Source: Octopus vulgaris (lineage: Eukaryota). From it: a DNA stretch of 64,000 bases. This document shows, piece by piece, positions 39,564-52,828 of this stretch. The first letter of the stretch is position 1, and the number at the start of each line of letters is the position of its first letter. Position numbers and translations under genes: made by a program. The notes beneath the pieces are model-generated. The model was not told the origin of the DNA. It was given only the letters and a program-made list of their open reading frames with translations, and searched no databases. The stretch is from positions 113,832,001 to 113,896,000 of the forward strand of contig OX597814.1 of assembly GCA_951406725.2 (NCBI GenBank), given 5' to 3'.

Positions 39564-39699
39564 TGTATTTATATTTATTTTTATATTATTGTAATTAAAA
39601 TAATATATGTCAAATTAAATTAGCATATATCAATTTGAACTTTCCATTTTTCTTGTTATCTATCTATATCTATTTATATCTATCTCTCTTTTCTATCTA

Positions 39700-39771
<72 letters not shown>

Positions 39772-39985
39772 TAAGTATAGGCATAGAATATGCTTCTTCG
39801 AAGAATTACGAATAGGAGATTCTATACATGCATGTTCTTCATACATGTACGATACTCTTGTAACTCATACCTTGTGATGAAACACGTATAACATGGAATA
39901 AATTCCAAATGTTCACAGTCATCTTATTTGAAATATATACGTATATCATGATCATATATACGTATCTATCTATTTATATCTGTCT

Positions 39986-40959
39986 GGGGATTAGTGGAGG
40001 GGAGGTACGACGACGATCTTGGGGCAAACCTGGGCGTCGACGAGGAGTACCTGACCCGCCTGTTTGAAAAGACTTTCGGGCCGGGACCTATGGACAACTT
40101 CCAGAGATCCCTGGCCTGGCAGTGCTACCGAGAAGCGCTACCCGTTCGGGATAAGCTCTATAGGTATGGCTCGAGAAACACGGGGCCGACCTGCCCGAGA
40201 TGCGGGCAGAGCGACGAAACCATTCTGCACGCAATCATGCAGTGTTCAACAATCTCTGACCTGTGGGCATATGTCGAACGACTGCTGTCATGTGTGGGAC
40301 GTGTCGGTTTATCAGCCGAGTCTATCGTTAATATCGTCACGCCTCTTTTCTTCAAACGGGAAGGAAGAGCTATTTTTATCATACTTGTGGCTATGGCGAA
40401 AGAATGTATCTGGTGGACGCGCCTGAAAGGATTAGAGACAAACACTTTCCTCTCTGGTCAATCTCTCATTACCTTCTTCAAGTATCACTTGAAGAGGAAA
40501 GTGAGAGTAGAGAGGCAAGTGTTGTCTAGTGAATGTTTTAAAAAGATGGGTGAATGTAGCAAGAATGGCACGTATGAATGACGAAGCCACCTTGACTATG
40601 ATCCTATGAACCGTAAAAATTAATACAGAGAGTTGCTTATTTGTAAAAAAATATAACATGTGACTTCATTGACCGAGGTTACCGTGGTCTTTTCCGTAGG
40701 CTTTTCTTTCCACGTGTAAACCTCACCTGTCCTCCCCTTTACACTTTATATTGACATTTCTGTGATAACGATCCCTATTGATCAATTCCCCCCTTTTTTT
40801 TATTTTATTTAAAATTTTATCCCCCCTTTTTTTGTCCTCTTCCTCTCCTTTTGCGATCCCTTTTGATCGAAAACCAAACCCCCTTTTTTTACCCCCAAAA
40901 GAAAAGCTCTACCTTGTAATTTGTCATGTCTGTGTGCAGCCCTGTGTGGCTAATAAAGA
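39986..40959 (+). mobile_element. 5'-truncated Tx1/L1-clade LINE (ORF2 C-terminus + 3' UTR)
   Basis: ORF 39994-40581 with CPRCGQSDETILHAIMQC zinc motif; TFGPGPMDNFQRSLAWQC aligns with TFGPGYLDNYQKSLAWQC at the window end; AATAAA at 40952. Confidence 0.9.
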
Positions 40960-40979
40960 AACATATCTATCTATCAGTA

Positions 40980-41062
<83 letters not shown>

Positions 41063-42230
41063 ATCCATCCCTCCCTCCCTCCATACACGATTACACTACC
41101 CGCATCCATACGCAAACGTATAACTGTTTGTGTTCATAGAAATTTGATAAATGTCAATACATTTTTTTACAGCTATTTATTCCGAAAAATAAATGTTATT
41201 TTCCCACTTTTACTTTTTGTCATAGCAATGCTAGAGTTGTTGCTGCAGTTGCAACCATTGTTTATCACTTCGGTTACTGCTGCTGCCGCTGGTGCTATCG
41301 TTGCTGTTGGTAATGATGTTTATGTTTTCGCTATATATATATATATATGTGTATATATAACATTTCAGGTATTTTCGCACAATCCAATACACTCTCAAAG
41401 TGTTCCATTTTTTATATGCTATTCCACTCTGAAAATGAATAGTATATCACGTAGCATTGAATCACTTACTTTCACTCAGATTTAATGAAATATCATAAAT
41501 TGTTGACGAAGTTCTGATATCATTGATCTCCCCCTCTCTCTCTATATATATGTGTGAAAATATTTTCATAGCTGCGGGCGAACTTTCAGAGATTCCTAGA
41601 TCTCTCTTGATTCCATTAACACACACTTCTCACGTTTTATTTTCCTACCGTAATATATGCATACATTTACGTTCATACATTCCTCCAATACCCACACGTA
41701 CAAGATATGTATCTGTTTGTGTATGTATTTATATATCTACACACACAAACACACACACACACACACATGTATATATAAAAATTGGATACATACACACATG
41801 CATATATATATATACATACACACACACTCACATACTTATATATATGTATATAATAATCCCCACTTAAACGTGGGTGTTCTGTTAGAAAAAAAAGACAACT
41901 TTTGTGCGTTAGTTACCACGAGAAAAACTCCCATATTAGCTTTTGACGTAAAATGAACTATTGTTTATGTCGCTTGCGGGGAGATGAATCACCGCCACCT
42001 CCAACTCACGTGATTTCGACCTTCCTTGGTCTCATCAATGACGGACGCCCGACCGCTAGAGACAGCAGCGACTCCGCAGCCCTTTGCCAGCGATATATAA
42101 AATAACGGAGCCAGAATAGGTGCTGGCGTCGCGATTAGCCAGCGAGGTTTTTATTAGCGACAGAGGCAGCACTAAAACCCTCGGTTACCGATGTGTATTA
42201 CTCCCCCCCCCCCTATATAATAAATATATA

Positions 42231-42295
<65 letters not shown>

Positions 42296-42598
42296 AGGAA
42301 TTTTAGTCGAACGTATCGGCTCCACTACATTTTTTAAATATATAAAGCCTAGTATTTATTTTAGCGGTCTTCTACCGAACGGCTAAATACGAGGTCGTAA
42401 GCACTCCATCACCGGTTGTTAATTGGTGGTAAGAGACATACATACACTCATACATACCACTACATACATACGTATGTAATGTATTACGCACACACACATC
42501 GTATACATACATACATATGACGAGTGTTTCAGTTGATCCCATCAACGGAATGGCTTGCTCGTAAAATTAACGTTTGGCTGAGCACTCCACTAATACAG

Positions 42599-42701
<103 letters not shown>

Positions 42702-42794
42702 CCGATTATTAATAAAAAATGTGCACCTAGTCATGTTTTGAGTTCTATTTTCACTCTTTACATCAGTAAACTCATATAAAAGAGTAAATACGCT

Positions 42795-43105
42795 CTTCAC
42801 TCATCAATATCCATGGGATTACACCTAGAAAGTTCTCCTCCGACGCCCAAGTCCGTGCAAGGTTGTTTTTGGAAGACCAGCAGCCGCCCATGCATACCAG
42901 CCTCTCCTCTGCAAGCCACCGATGTTATCTAAAGAAAGGCCGATACAGCTTGGCATCTTTGATGTCACAACTCATTTCTACAGCTGACTGAACTGGAGCA
43001 ACGTGAAATAAAGTGTCTTGCTCAAAGCCACAACACACATCCCAGTCCAAGAATCAAAATCACTACCTCATGATTGTGGGTCCAACACTCTAACCACTAA
43101 GTCAT
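42795..43105 (-). mobile_element. tRNA/CORE-like SINE with another tail type
   Basis: TTAGTGGTTAGAG head, TTGAGCAAGACACTTTATTTCAC; plus-strand relatives at 44466-44700 and 44860-44925. Confidence 0.7.
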
Positions 43106-43146
43106 CAAACTGATATAGATACATATATGCATACACACACTCACAC

Positions 43147-43198
<52 letters not shown>

Positions 43199-43908
43199 AC
43201 ACACATACTGGCATACCTCGGCTTAAATCGTTTAAATTTAAGTGGTTCTCGATTATACGTCGGTTTTCAAAAATAGTATATGGAATAACAGAAATCAAGT
43301 TAAGTCGTTTTACTCGACTTTACGTCTGTCCGCCACAAATATTGGAATCGTAAAATCACTAGAAAACCGTTGAAAGCAAATAAAATCATGTTACTGGGCA
43401 ATAGATAAGAATAAAAGCATATAGAATCATGTTAAAATACGTACAGTAAATGTTAAGATACACACCATGAAGTAGTGTAGCTTAGTGAACGAAATCATAA
43501 AATTACCAAATTGCGTGTACATATTGGTAAATTTAAAATAATTTAGTCTTTTTTTAATATTACGAAATGATAAATTTTGAAGTTGTCTTTTAAGGCTTTT
43601 ATTTTACCATGTCTTATTGCAAACCGCATTCACAAATAAAGCATCCGCGATGTAAGGTAAATACTGCCAAATTGTATTCGTAAATTTAGATTACTTTTTT
43701 GTTTTTACTGTATTAAAAAATAAAAATTATTTGTTTGTAAGCTTAAAATATATTTTTTTAACCATAAATAAAGGGTAGAACTGGGAATGGTTATTATAAG
43801 TTTAGCCTAGAATCAAGTAAATTCGGCCTAGCCTAGAGTCAAGTTCATTCGACCTAAGTCGTGTCTCCTGGAACCAACTGACGACGTAGGGTGAGGTATG
43901 CCGGTGTG

Positions 43909-43953
<45 letters not shown>

Positions 43954-44276
43954 TAAATGTCTGAGCGAGATATAAACAGTAGCAATACGGAATCGTAACA
44001 TAATTGCCAACCAAGTGTGGCATCCTATACGGGACAGTGCTACTGGCGTTTACAGCCCCCAGGAGGACATCCTTCCAGCTGGCTAATAGTATAGAACTTA
44101 TATAAGTCAGGGTAAATCCCAGGAGCTTCCTCTTGAAGCACAATTGCTTATTTTAACCTTACAATTAATATATATATATATCCATAGTTGGTGCTGCATG
44201 TGAGTCAAAATGCATATTCAAATTGAGAATTATGGAAAAACTATTTGCAGAGATAATTTCTAGTAAAATAGGAAAA

Positions 44277-44434
44277 AATGGAAATCTTTTGTTATTCATT
44301 CTCCATTAGACATGTTTCATTTGCTTATAGGAGTCAAAAATTTACATACCTATCTAACATGTAAATCTTTGTGATTCCTATTAGCAAATGAAACGCGTGT
44401 AACGGAGAATAGCTAATTCCAAAAGATTTCCATT
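44277..44434. repeat. Diverged fold-back with decayed HHR-like halves
   Basis: Arms 44277-44347 / 44359-44434; GAAA-CATG-TC (minus) vs GAAA-CGCG-TG (plus). Confidence 0.7.
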
Positions 44435-45461
44435 CTTTATCTTATTACACGTTATGCTATGTTTTTGAGCAAGACACTATATTTCATGTTGCTCCAGTTC
44501 ATTCAGCTGTAGAAATGAGTTGAGACGTAATTGGTACCAAGTTGTATCGGCCCTTTTGCCTTTCCCTTGGATAATATCGGTGGTGTGGTGAGAGGTGGCT
44601 GGTATGCATGGTCGACTGCTGGTCTTCCACAAAATACCTTGCTCGGGTGTCGGAGGGGAACTTTCTAGGTCATTCATAGCCAAAGGGGGTCTTTACTCTT
44701 TACCCTTTATATATATATATATAATGTTTATTAGTTTCGAGGCTGACTCGAAAATATGGCAATGATGAGTTGAAATAATATCGAAAAATTAGTATCTGTT
44801 TGGTTTTGAGGTATACTGTGATGTTTGTTAACACTTTACATTCATTGGAAATCGTTTGCTTCAGTTCACTCAGCTGTAGAAATGAGTTGCGACGTCACTG
44901 GTGCCAAGCTGTATCGGCCTTTGCGAAATATTGATATCTGTCGATCTCATCCTTCCCCTCCCCGGCAATTCTTTCCGTCTGGTTTTGAGGTATACCGTGT
45001 CTTTTGTTAACACTTGACATCCCCTGGACAAAATACATCAGTCTGAAAGAGTTTAACTGAAACACGTTATGTGACATGAATAATGTTTACATTATTAGGT
45101 CTGCTTTTAAATAAAAGTTTTACATATATGGCAGCGCCATATGAAACTAGTGATGAAACTAGAAAAAGACAATCAAAGATGTGTGTGTATTTACGCGTGC
45201 GCGAGTGTGTGTAGATCATGTTGGTTAAATTTCGAAAACACGTGCTAGGGCTTCATCAAACTACTTTATTCTGTGAGTTTATCTCGCCGAAGAAAGATGT
45301 TGTGATTTGCTGCTCACAGTTCCTGGTTATCTCATGGTGTTGGTGATTTTGTGTGGCTATTCGAGTTATATTTTTTAGCTCTCATTTCTTGCAGTTGCAG
45401 GTTCTATTTGCATCTATATTTATGTATTATCCCTTTTTGGCTTTGCTATAACCACTTCGTG

Positions 45462-45618
45462 ACAGGAGGTGCAAACGAGGGCAGCTGTATCAAACTCTCT
45501 CATGCACCAAATGTCAATTGCTAAAAAGCATTCGTGAAGTAAAATCATGTAGCAACACCAAATGGCGGTGCCCCAGCATGGCCACAGCTCGTGAGCTGAA
45601 ACTAGATGAAAAAAAAAT
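45462..45618 (+). mobile_element. Short 3' end of the CR1/L2-group LINE
   Basis: QEVQTRAAVSNSLMHQ..* then GGCGGTGCCCCAGCATGGCCACAGCTCGTGAGCTGAAAC + poly(A). Confidence 0.7.
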
Positions 45619-45645
45619 CATTAATATACTATTATAATATCTTAT

Positions 45646-45688
<43 letters not shown>

Positions 45689-45855
45689 ATCTTGGCTCAG
45701 GAACGAAATTTGCTCAGGGGATACAAACCCAGGTCGAAAATCTTTTAAAAAGTCTTAATGTTTTTATTTATTTATTTTTGTTCTTTGTTCATTGAGAAGA
45801 AACCGACCATCACGCTACTTTTTGCAGATCACTTTTTTCTAAAACTGAGGAAGGT

Positions 45856-46657
45856 AAATTTTGATTTTGCACCCACTAAAAATGTTTAGAAGGTCCGCTT
45901 GCAGCCCCTGCACCCACGATTCTCGGACCTATGCATGCAGAGGAACTGAAGAAAGATCCATTAGTCTTAAAGCGTATTGCTAAACCAGTAGCCCTTGCTT
46001 GCATCCAAGTAACTTGATGTTCAGTATATGTTAAATGCTGATTCAAGTAAGGGCGCAAATTTTAATCTCGCAACCCCCAAAATATTTAGGTCAGCTTGGT
46101 GCCCCTGCAGTCCCCTGTTCTCAGGCCTATGCATGCAGAGGAATTGAACTAAAGATCCTTTAGTCTCAAAGCGTATTGCTAAAGCAGTCAGCCCTTGCTT
46201 GTATCCAAGTAACCTGATGTTCAGCATATGTTAGATCCTGATTCAAGTAAGTAAGGGCGCAAATTTTAATTTTGCAACCCCCAAAATATTAAGGAGGTCA
46301 GCTTGCAGCCCCTGCACCATCCTGTTCTCGCGCCTATGCATGCAGAGAAATTGAAGCAAAGATCCATTAGTTTTAAAGCGTATTTCTTAACCAGACAACG
46401 TTTGCTTGCATCCAAGTAACCTGATGTTCAGCATATGATGGATGCTGATTCAAGTTAGGGCACAAATTTTAATTTTGCTTCCACCAAAATATTTAGGAGG
46501 TCAGCTTGCAGCTCCTGCACCCGCTGTTGTCGGGCCTATGCATGCAGAGAACTTGAACTAAAGATCCTTTAGTCTCAAAGCGTATTTCTGAACCAGACAG
46601 CCCTTGCTTGCATCCAAGTAACCCGTTGTTCAGCATATATCAGATGCTGATTCAAGT
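45856..46657. repeat. Tandem repeat, 4 x ~203 bp
   Basis: Units start at 45856, 46057, 46261, 46464; shared CCTATGCATGCAGAG, AAAGCGTATT, TCCAAGTAAC, CTGATTCAAGT. Confidence 0.95.
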
Positions 46658-47177
46658 GTTGTTGTCGATCCTTTTAGCTGTAAATTATATGAAGTTCAGG
46701 TTAGTGCTTCTACATGTCTGAATAACATTTGAGAATTTGTTCGAAACGAACTAAATGTCTCTGGAATGTCTCTGTGGCCGATCTTATTGGTTGACCTCGG
46801 AACCGAAAGCAATCCTGGAAATGCCACACGAAATGTCAACAGGTTTATCGTTGAAGCTACGAACAAACACGAAATCACACATACACCACATACACGCACG
46901 TACTCACGTGCACATGCACACATACATGCGCATACAAATACGCACGCACGCACGCATGAATGCGTTCACGCTAACAGATAATGAAACCATGAAGATTCAT
47001 AGCCACACACACACACACAAACACCTACACACACACACACCTACACACACATACACATTCATTAAGATCTATTTAGAAATTATGGATATAAAAATTTTAT
47101 TGTTCTTGCTATGGCTACCGTTATGGTTGTTGTAGTTGTTACACATCTTCATAATGATGATGATGTTAATGATTACT

Positions 47178-47224
<47 letters not shown>

Positions 47225-47490
47225 TATCATCATTATCATCATCATTATCATCATCATCATCATCATCATCATCATTATCATCATCATCATCATTATCATC
47301 ATTATCATCATCATTATCTTCATTATCATTATCATCATTATCATTATTATCATCATCATTATCATCATCGTCATCATTATCATTATCATCATCATCACCT
47401 TCATCACCATTATCACCATCATCTTTATTAACCTCACCATCACCATCATGATTATCAGCACCACCACCACTATCACAGTCATCATCATCA
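47178..47490. repeat. (CAT)n/(TAT) trinucleotide repeat
   Basis: Source of the poly-His/Ile/Met ORFs. Confidence 0.95.
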
Positions 47491-48067
47491 TCTTCTGCAG
47501 TAACAGTAGTTTTCTTTTCATCCTCTTGTTGTTGTTGTTAGTATTTAAGGCGGCGAGCTGGCAGAATCTTTAGAATGTGTATGGAATCCCAAATGACGCC
47601 GGGATTTTGTAAAATATTACTAAAAATATAATTTGCTTTCTGAATAATGTTGCATGTTGAATAAAATATAATTGTGTAAAATCTTAATGAATACGTTTGA
47701 GTGCATTCGGACGTGAAAAGATTCGTCGCTGCAGAAACAGTCTCAGGGGAAACATTTCTTCCTAGACATGCGTGAAAATATATATTGGGCTGTGAACGAC
47801 GTCACCAGATTGTAGGAAGCATGTGTTTATGCGTTCTTTCGCTTGTAAGAATACGAGTAAGAATTGCCTGATAGCCGTCATATCTAAACAGGTATATGCC
47901 AATAGAATTAGCGTTGAATTCTCTCTCTCGCATTGTTTTTTGTTTGAGTGGATTAGCAATTATAGAACTTATAACATATGAAGTCACAATATTTGGCGGT
48001 TGTACTTAAGTCTTTTACTTAAAAAGTAGGCCCACTTTTACAACCCCAAGATAAACGTGTCCGTACG

Positions 48068-48428
48068 ATGTACCTTTATCTAGTGCCTAAAATTATTCCA
48101 CTGCCGTCAAATTGCAGGACCAGATACAGTAATAGTCTGGGATTCAAAGGCTCAGAGCACTTCAATATCCCCCCGAAAGAGCTGAGAAATGTATATGGTA
48201 TGGCTGTCGATGTCTTTGAAACTAAGGTGGATCTCCTACTGCAAAGAGTCCCAAATGAGCCAATTTCACGGCAGGAAGCAGGAACGAGGGTCCAGCATCA
48301 AATTCCCTCATTTCCCAAATTCCAGCTATTAAAAGAGGATTAATGAAGGTATAACAACATCAGTTGGCGGTGCACCAGCATGGCCACAGCCCTTGAGCTG
48401 AAACTATTAAAAGAATAAAAGATTAAAA
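48068..48428 (+). pseudogene. CR1/L2-group LINE 3' end with intact 3' UTR
   Basis: RTRYSNSLGFKGSEHFNIPPKELRNVYGMAVDVFETKVDLLLQRVPNEP then GGCGGTGCACCAGCATGGCCACAGCCCTTGAGCTGAAAC and an A-rich tail. Confidence 0.8.
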
Positions 48429-48539
48429 GTTACGCATTCATACATATAGACACATACACAAAAACATGCATATGCATATTCGGGTGGCTGGGTGCGTCGA
48501 AAAATAATCATGAAGTGAAGTCCTTCTTTTTAAGGGTAG

Positions 48540-48960
48540 AAAATACTTCAGCTCCCAACAGTTGATAACTCGTTAGAAATTTCAAGATCCACCATGGCGT
48601 ACAGTTCCCTTATCAGGGACTATAACACTATTATATACACGGGCATCCAATATATTCGAAACAAACCATTCGACTAAGTGGCATGGAGTGACTCATTACC
48701 ACACTCCAGCCTCTGATTCAGATTTGCTGTGTCCTCTCTATGAATTTTGTGGCGCATCTACAACAGTCTTTGCTCCCTGGACGGTTACATACCACGTCCA
48801 TCCTCACACCACCTCTTCTTGTCATCCATTTTGTTTCTAGACCCTAGGCACCACTCGAACCACACATTCGAATCATTCGTTCCAGAACATCATCTCTCTT
48901 TAAACTTCCTGGACCACTTATTTATTTTCAATTGGTAGTTATTAGAAAAGGACATCACTC
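48540..48960 (+). pseudogene. Jockey/CR1-like LINE ORF2 3' remnant
   Basis: YSSLIR..LITTLQPL..RFAVSSL..RIYNSLCS..NHTFESF resembles the LQPLSHRR.VASL..FYRYY..CS pattern. Confidence 0.45.
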
Positions 48961-49419
48961 ACGTTGATCTCACCACACTAATAGAGGTTGTGGGGGCTAT
49001 GAGCATGGACCCTTCATCCAGTCCAATAAATGATGAATCCTGCGCCGGTTTCCACAATGAATATCCAATCGTTCGAAGAACTGAATTACCTATTCGCTAA
49101 ACTGACGCGCAAGTGGTTGAGTATTCCACAGACACATTGTAACGAGGCTGAACAACTGGATTCATGCGACAGGCTTCCACACAGTTTCTGCCATTTCAGT
49201 TTCATTCACAACATTTAGGTTTAACAGAAGCAATAGTTTAAGTCAATTATTAAAGATGCGATGTTGTGGGATCGAACTTGGGATCTCATAAGTGAGAAGC
49301 AAGCTTCATAACCGCTCAGCCTTGCCTGCGTCTACAAAGCAACATAAACGTGGGCTTTAACTTATGAACCTTACAAATGTAATGTCTGTAATTCAAGTAT
49401 TTCACCAGACAATGTCGTG

Positions 49420-50001
49420 GCACTCCGATCAATGGAACAGCTGCTCGTGAAATTAACGTGCAAGTGGCTGAGCACTCCACAGACATGTGTACACTTAACG
49501 TAGTTCTCGGGGAGATTCAGTGTGACACAAAGTGTGACAAAGCTGGCCCTTTGAAATACAGGTACAACAGAAACAGGTGGCGAGCTGGCAGAATCGTTAG
49601 CACTGCCGGGCGAAATGCTTAGCAGCATTTCATCTGTCTTTATGTTCTGAGTTCAAATTCCGCCGAGGTCGACTTTGTCTTTCATCCTTTCGGGGTCGAT
49701 AAATTAAGTACCAGTTACGCACTGGGGTTGATGTAATCGACTAAATCCATTTGTCTGTCCTCTCTGTGTTTAGCCCCTTGTGGGTAGTAAAGAAATAGGT
49801 ACAACAGAAACAGGAAGAAAGAGTGAAAGAAAGTTGCGGTGAAAGAGTACAGCAGGGTTCGCCACCACCTCCTATCGGAACGTCGTGGAACTTTAAGGTG
49901 TTTTCGCTCAAGAAACACTCACAACGCCCGGTTTGGGAATCGAAACTGCGATCCTACGACCGCGAGTCCGCTGCTCTAACCACGGGGCTATTGCGTCTCC
50001 A
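49420..50001 (-). mobile_element. SINE head D + type-A tail, interrupted by a plus-strand SINE C
   Basis: SINE C at ~49576-49797 flanked by TSD GGTACAACAGAAACAGG (49561-49577, 49798-49814). Confidence 0.85.
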
Positions 50002-50064
50002 CCAGACAATATATTACTGCTTTGTCATGATACCCAACAAAATATTTTTGTTTATGTTTTTTAG

Positions 50065-50114
50065 TTTCACAACTGCCAGAGTAATCAGACACAAGCCGTC
50101 AATAATTACTCAAG
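50065..50114 (+). CDS. Candidate 50-nt exon
   Basis: ttttgtttatgttttttag| ... CAAG|gtaagc; two of three frames open. Confidence 0.3.
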
Positions 50115-50530
50115 GTAAGCTGTTGGTGACCTTTATGTGGTAAAACACACACACAAAAAGCGAAACACAGGCGCAAGACTATGTTGAAGGCAGATTTACT
50201 TCTGCCTTTATAGCACGTAAAGAAAACGGTGTTGTAGGAGTGTACGCAGCACGTGCACTACAGCACTTCTATGCGTATCTTAAATACTGAGATTGAAAAG
50301 CAGGGACAAATTATGCCTACTTAATCTACAAAAAAATATATTTTGCATTTTATGCATTGTAATCACAATAACCTTCATAATTTTATTGAATTAGGTGCAT
50401 ATTTTGTAATAAAAGGAAAATGTTGCTATTTTATTGAAAGTAGCCACTGCCTACCTTGCCTGCGTAGGCAGCACGTCCCTGAATTTCCTGCTTCCTGCAT
50501 CTCTTGCGATTCACTTTACTTCAATTTGAA

Positions 50531-51230
50531 GGCGATGAGCTGGCTGAACCGTTAGCACGCCGGGTGAAATGCGTAGCCGTATTTCGTCTGCCGATACGTT
50601 CTGAGTTCAAATTCCGCCGAGGTCGACTTTGCCTTTTATTCTTTCGGAGTCGATTAAATGAGTACCAGTTACGCACTGGAGTCGATATAATCGACTTAAT
50701 CTATTTGTCTGTCCTTGTTTGTTCCCTCTGTGTGTAGCCCCTTGTAGGCAGTAAAGAAATAAGAAACGTTAGCACGCCGGGCGAAATGCTTAGCGTTATT
50801 TCGTCTGCCGTTACATTCTGAGTTCAAATTCCGCCGAGGTCGACTTTGCCTTTCATCCTTTCGTGTCGATTAAATAAGTACCTGTTACGCACTGGGGTCT
50901 ATATAATCGACTTAATCCGTTTGTCTGTCCTTGTTTGTTCCCTCTGTGTTTAGCCCTTTGTGGGTAGTAAAGAAATAGGTATTTCGCCCGTCTTTACATT
51001 CTGAGTTCGACATTCCACCGAAGTCGACATTGCCTTTCATCCTTTCGGGGGCCATAAATAAAAAACCAGTTGCGTGCTGGGATCGATCTAATTGACTGCT
51101 CCCAGAAACGTTACCACTCCAGGCGAAATGCTTAGCGGTATTTCATCTGTCTATACGTTCTGAGTTCCAATTCCACCGAGGTCGGCTTTGCCTTACATCC
51201 TTTCGGGATCGATAAATTAAGAACCAGTTA
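50531..51230 (+). mobile_element. Tandem array of four SINE C units
   Basis: TTCTGAGTTC...CATCCTTTCG-like core recurs at ~50600, 50817, 51000, 51158. Confidence 0.85.
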
Positions 51231-52026
51231 CTCTTTTACTTGTTTCAGTCATGTGTGTGGCCATGCCGGAGCACCGCCTTCAGTCGAGAAATCGACCCCA
51301 GGACTTATTCTTTGTAAGCCTAGCGCTTATTCTATCGGTCTCTTTTGCCGAACCGCTAAGTTACAGGGACGTAAACACACCAGCTTCGGTTGTCAAGCGA
51401 AGTTGGGGGGACAATCACAGACACACAAACATATACACACACATACATATATATATATACACATATACGACGGGCTTTGGTCGGCCCGAGGCTATAGGTG
51501 GCTGGTAAGCAAGCTAGTTAACACACAACCACTCCTACGCTGGGGTCGATCTAGTAGACTAGCCCCTTCCCCCAAAATTTCGGGCCTTGTGCCTAGAGTA
51601 GAAATGAATGTTTATAGGTACCCCATTTGCACATGTACCATTTCTATGCAATCTCTATATCTATAACTCACCCCTTCAGAGATATCATATACATGAAAAA
51701 TAAAACAATAAATCAATGTTAATATGTTTAATGCAGAAAACAGGAAAAACATCGAAAGTCAAGAGAACGCGCGCGTGCGCTTGTGTGGGAGTGTCTTTGC
51801 GCTTGCGTTGGTACTCCTACCATCAATTGACAACCGAGGTTGCTCTGTTTATGTCACCGACATCTAACCGTTCGGTAAAATATAGCGATAGAATTAGCAC
51901 AACATTTAAAACCCATGTACCGGAGTCGATTTGTCCGACTAAAACCTTCCAAGGAGGCGCCCCAGCACGGCTGCAAACCAATGACAGATACAAGAAAACG
52001 GTTAAAAGGTAACCGTCTCATCGTTT

Positions 52027-52500
52027 TGTATATCAAGGACTTTACTGTCCAGGGAGGAATTACAACCGTATTTCGTGGTCTGCTACCACAACAGCTCCTT
52101 TATAGGATCCAGTTAGCTCAAGACATTATCAGGAGGAACTGGTTTCGGCCCCTACTCCTCTACCGTTTTGACGTGGCGGGGCCCCTCCTTTCGGAAGTAT
52201 CGTCAGCTCTGGTGTTGGATGCATGTCTTCTTTCTTCTCTTCCTCGGCCTCTTCGATGTATCGTCAGCGAGTGTCAGCCGGTGACTGACTGACTTGTCAA
52301 ATTTTTACCTCTAAATACCTGCCGCTAGGCTCCAGCAGGCAGCCCCAGCAAGTTGTCACGTGAGAGTGTCTCAACTTTAACTGACCAATGAAGGCGCGTA
52401 TTCTTAGCCCGCGCATTCTGTAAACGACCGTCACCTGTCAGTCAGGGAAGCTAATTCAGTGTCAGTTTGTCTCACCTAGTGATGTTATTTCCCGCCGGCA
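52027..52500 (-). mobile_element. Possible solo LTR
   Basis: TG...CA ends, GC-richer than flanks, TATTTAGA and AGTAAA on minus strand; TSD unconvincing. Confidence 0.3.
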
Positions 52501-52754
52501 TGTTATGACTTTCAAGCCATTTTTGGTCTTCCCGCTTCAGCCATATATTAATCCTTCAAAAGGGTGGTATATGATTTGAGGGAGATTTGACTACTCTTTC
52601 CAGCAGATTCAATTATTAGCTTGCCTGCTGCACTTGGTATTTATTGCGATATGAACTGTTGTATGTAAAAGTCAGGTATCATGACCTCAAACAGTTTTAT
52701 GTTAATACGAAGCGGGAACGGACAATGGCTTGGCAGCTGACTGTTAGATACGTT

Positions 52755-52828
52755 ATCGATTCATCATCGGAATAGTATTGATTCGTCATTGAAATACTAT
52801 CAATTCATCATCGAAACACAATCGATTC
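52755..52828. repeat. 22-bp minisatellite x3.3
   Basis: ATCGATTCATCATCGGAATAGT / ATTGATTCGTCATTGAAATACT / ATCAATTCATCATCGAAACACA / ATCGATTC. Confidence 0.8.

Noticed and set aside
45940-45982. CTGAAGA-AAGAT..GTCTT-AAAG-CGTA as an HHR in the tandem repeat
   Set aside because: Core not conserved in the other three units and AAAG replaces GAAA in all
46696-46860. Minus-strand exon candidate after tttgttcgtag
   Set aside because: No convincing donor and no recognisable peptide
47069-47573. Poly-His, poly-Ile and poly-Met ORFs
   Set aside because: Pure (CAT)n repeat, open in several frames on both strands
52755-52828. Regularly spaced repeats resembling a CRISPR array
   Set aside because: Contiguous degenerate 22-bp units without unique spacers; eukaryotic context; no cas genes
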